Below are positions 35,820-36,292 of a DNA stretch of 36,292 nt, in pieces (position 1 is the first letter of the stretch; each line of letters opens with the position of its first letter). The notes under the pieces were generated by a model, which saw only the letters and a list, made by a program, of their open reading frames with translations, did not search any database and was not told where the DNA came from. The position numbers and the translations under genes were made by a program. Location: positions 1 through 36,292 of the forward strand of contig NIVC01000357.1 of assembly GCA_002269645.1 (NCBI GenBank). The letters run 5' to 3'. This DNA comes from Macrostomum lignano (lineage: Eukaryota).

Positions 35820-36292
35820 TATTCTTCATCTGTACACAGTAGAGTCGGCAAAGTTTCAGTCCGCAAGCTGGCAGGCTGCACCGCAGAAGATCGCACAGGA
35901 ATTATAAATGCTCTGTGGCTCGTGTGCGAGCTGGATAAAACCTGATCGGGGATCGATGAGCTGGCATCCTTGCCCCTAAGCGGCATCCTGCCGATCAAAG
36001 CTTCCCAGAGCCTGGAGGCGAGACTTGCGCCAAGGCATATTTATGAGGAATAGTTTCTGATCTGAAATTCCCAGAGACTGGCGCATGAGGCTAAAGATAT
36101 TTTCGTTCTACCCGCTAGAAATCAGTAGAGACGGAAGCAACATCCCAATTGATTATTAAGTTCTCTTGGCCAGGATTTTTCATGCAGATCTCAAATACAC
36201 TTGGCGTCTGTTGCCGTCACTTTACTGTAGTTACAGACATTGGTTTGCAGACCGCTGTCCAATGGACAGTTGGGGGAAATGTGTCTTCAGAT

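Noticed and set aside
33667-35998. Three 700+ aa minus-strand ORFs (GSGSWDRDLGIGIL repeats)
   Set aside because: They are translations of a stop-free 14-bp satellite, open in all three frames.

Overview
Eukaryotic (invertebrate animal) genomic DNA with spliceosomal GT-AG introns; no prokaryotic features. The GC-rich, polyQ-containing coding style resembles a free-living flatworm such as Macrostomum, but that is inference only. Host genes: an internal BAG6-like exon (minus, 1-408); an intact two-exon cytochrome P450 (plus, 7974-9567, 497 aa) with no N-terminal membrane anchor; a single-exon secreted C-type lectin plus PAN-like gene with two +1 frameshifts (minus, 14210-14988); a frameshifted mGluR-like class C GPCR whose 7TM part cannot be found (plus, 15726-17796); and a complete seven-exon non-alpha (beta1-like) nicotinic acetylcholine receptor subunit with one homopolymer frameshift (minus, 22708-28283). 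Mobile DNA: a Merlin/IS1595 deletion derivative with TIRs, a hAT MITE with an 8-bp TSD, an IS630/Tc1-like transposase relic, a 1.5-kb Gypsy LTR element reduced to LTR-PBS-integrase-PPT-LTR (5-bp TSD) inserted in a 65-bp tandem array, an RTE-type LINE fragment and a tRNA-derived SINE. The last third is dominated by micro- and minisatellites, ending in a 2.1-kb 14-bp satellite with G-quadruplex potential. Single-base frameshifts in four unrelated host genes suggest consensus errors or a decaying duplicated block. I found no clearly novel multi-gene system. The best leads are the anchor-less P450, the integrase-only LTR element and the 7TM-less mGluR-like gene. All homology calls are by-eye motif recognition, not database searches.
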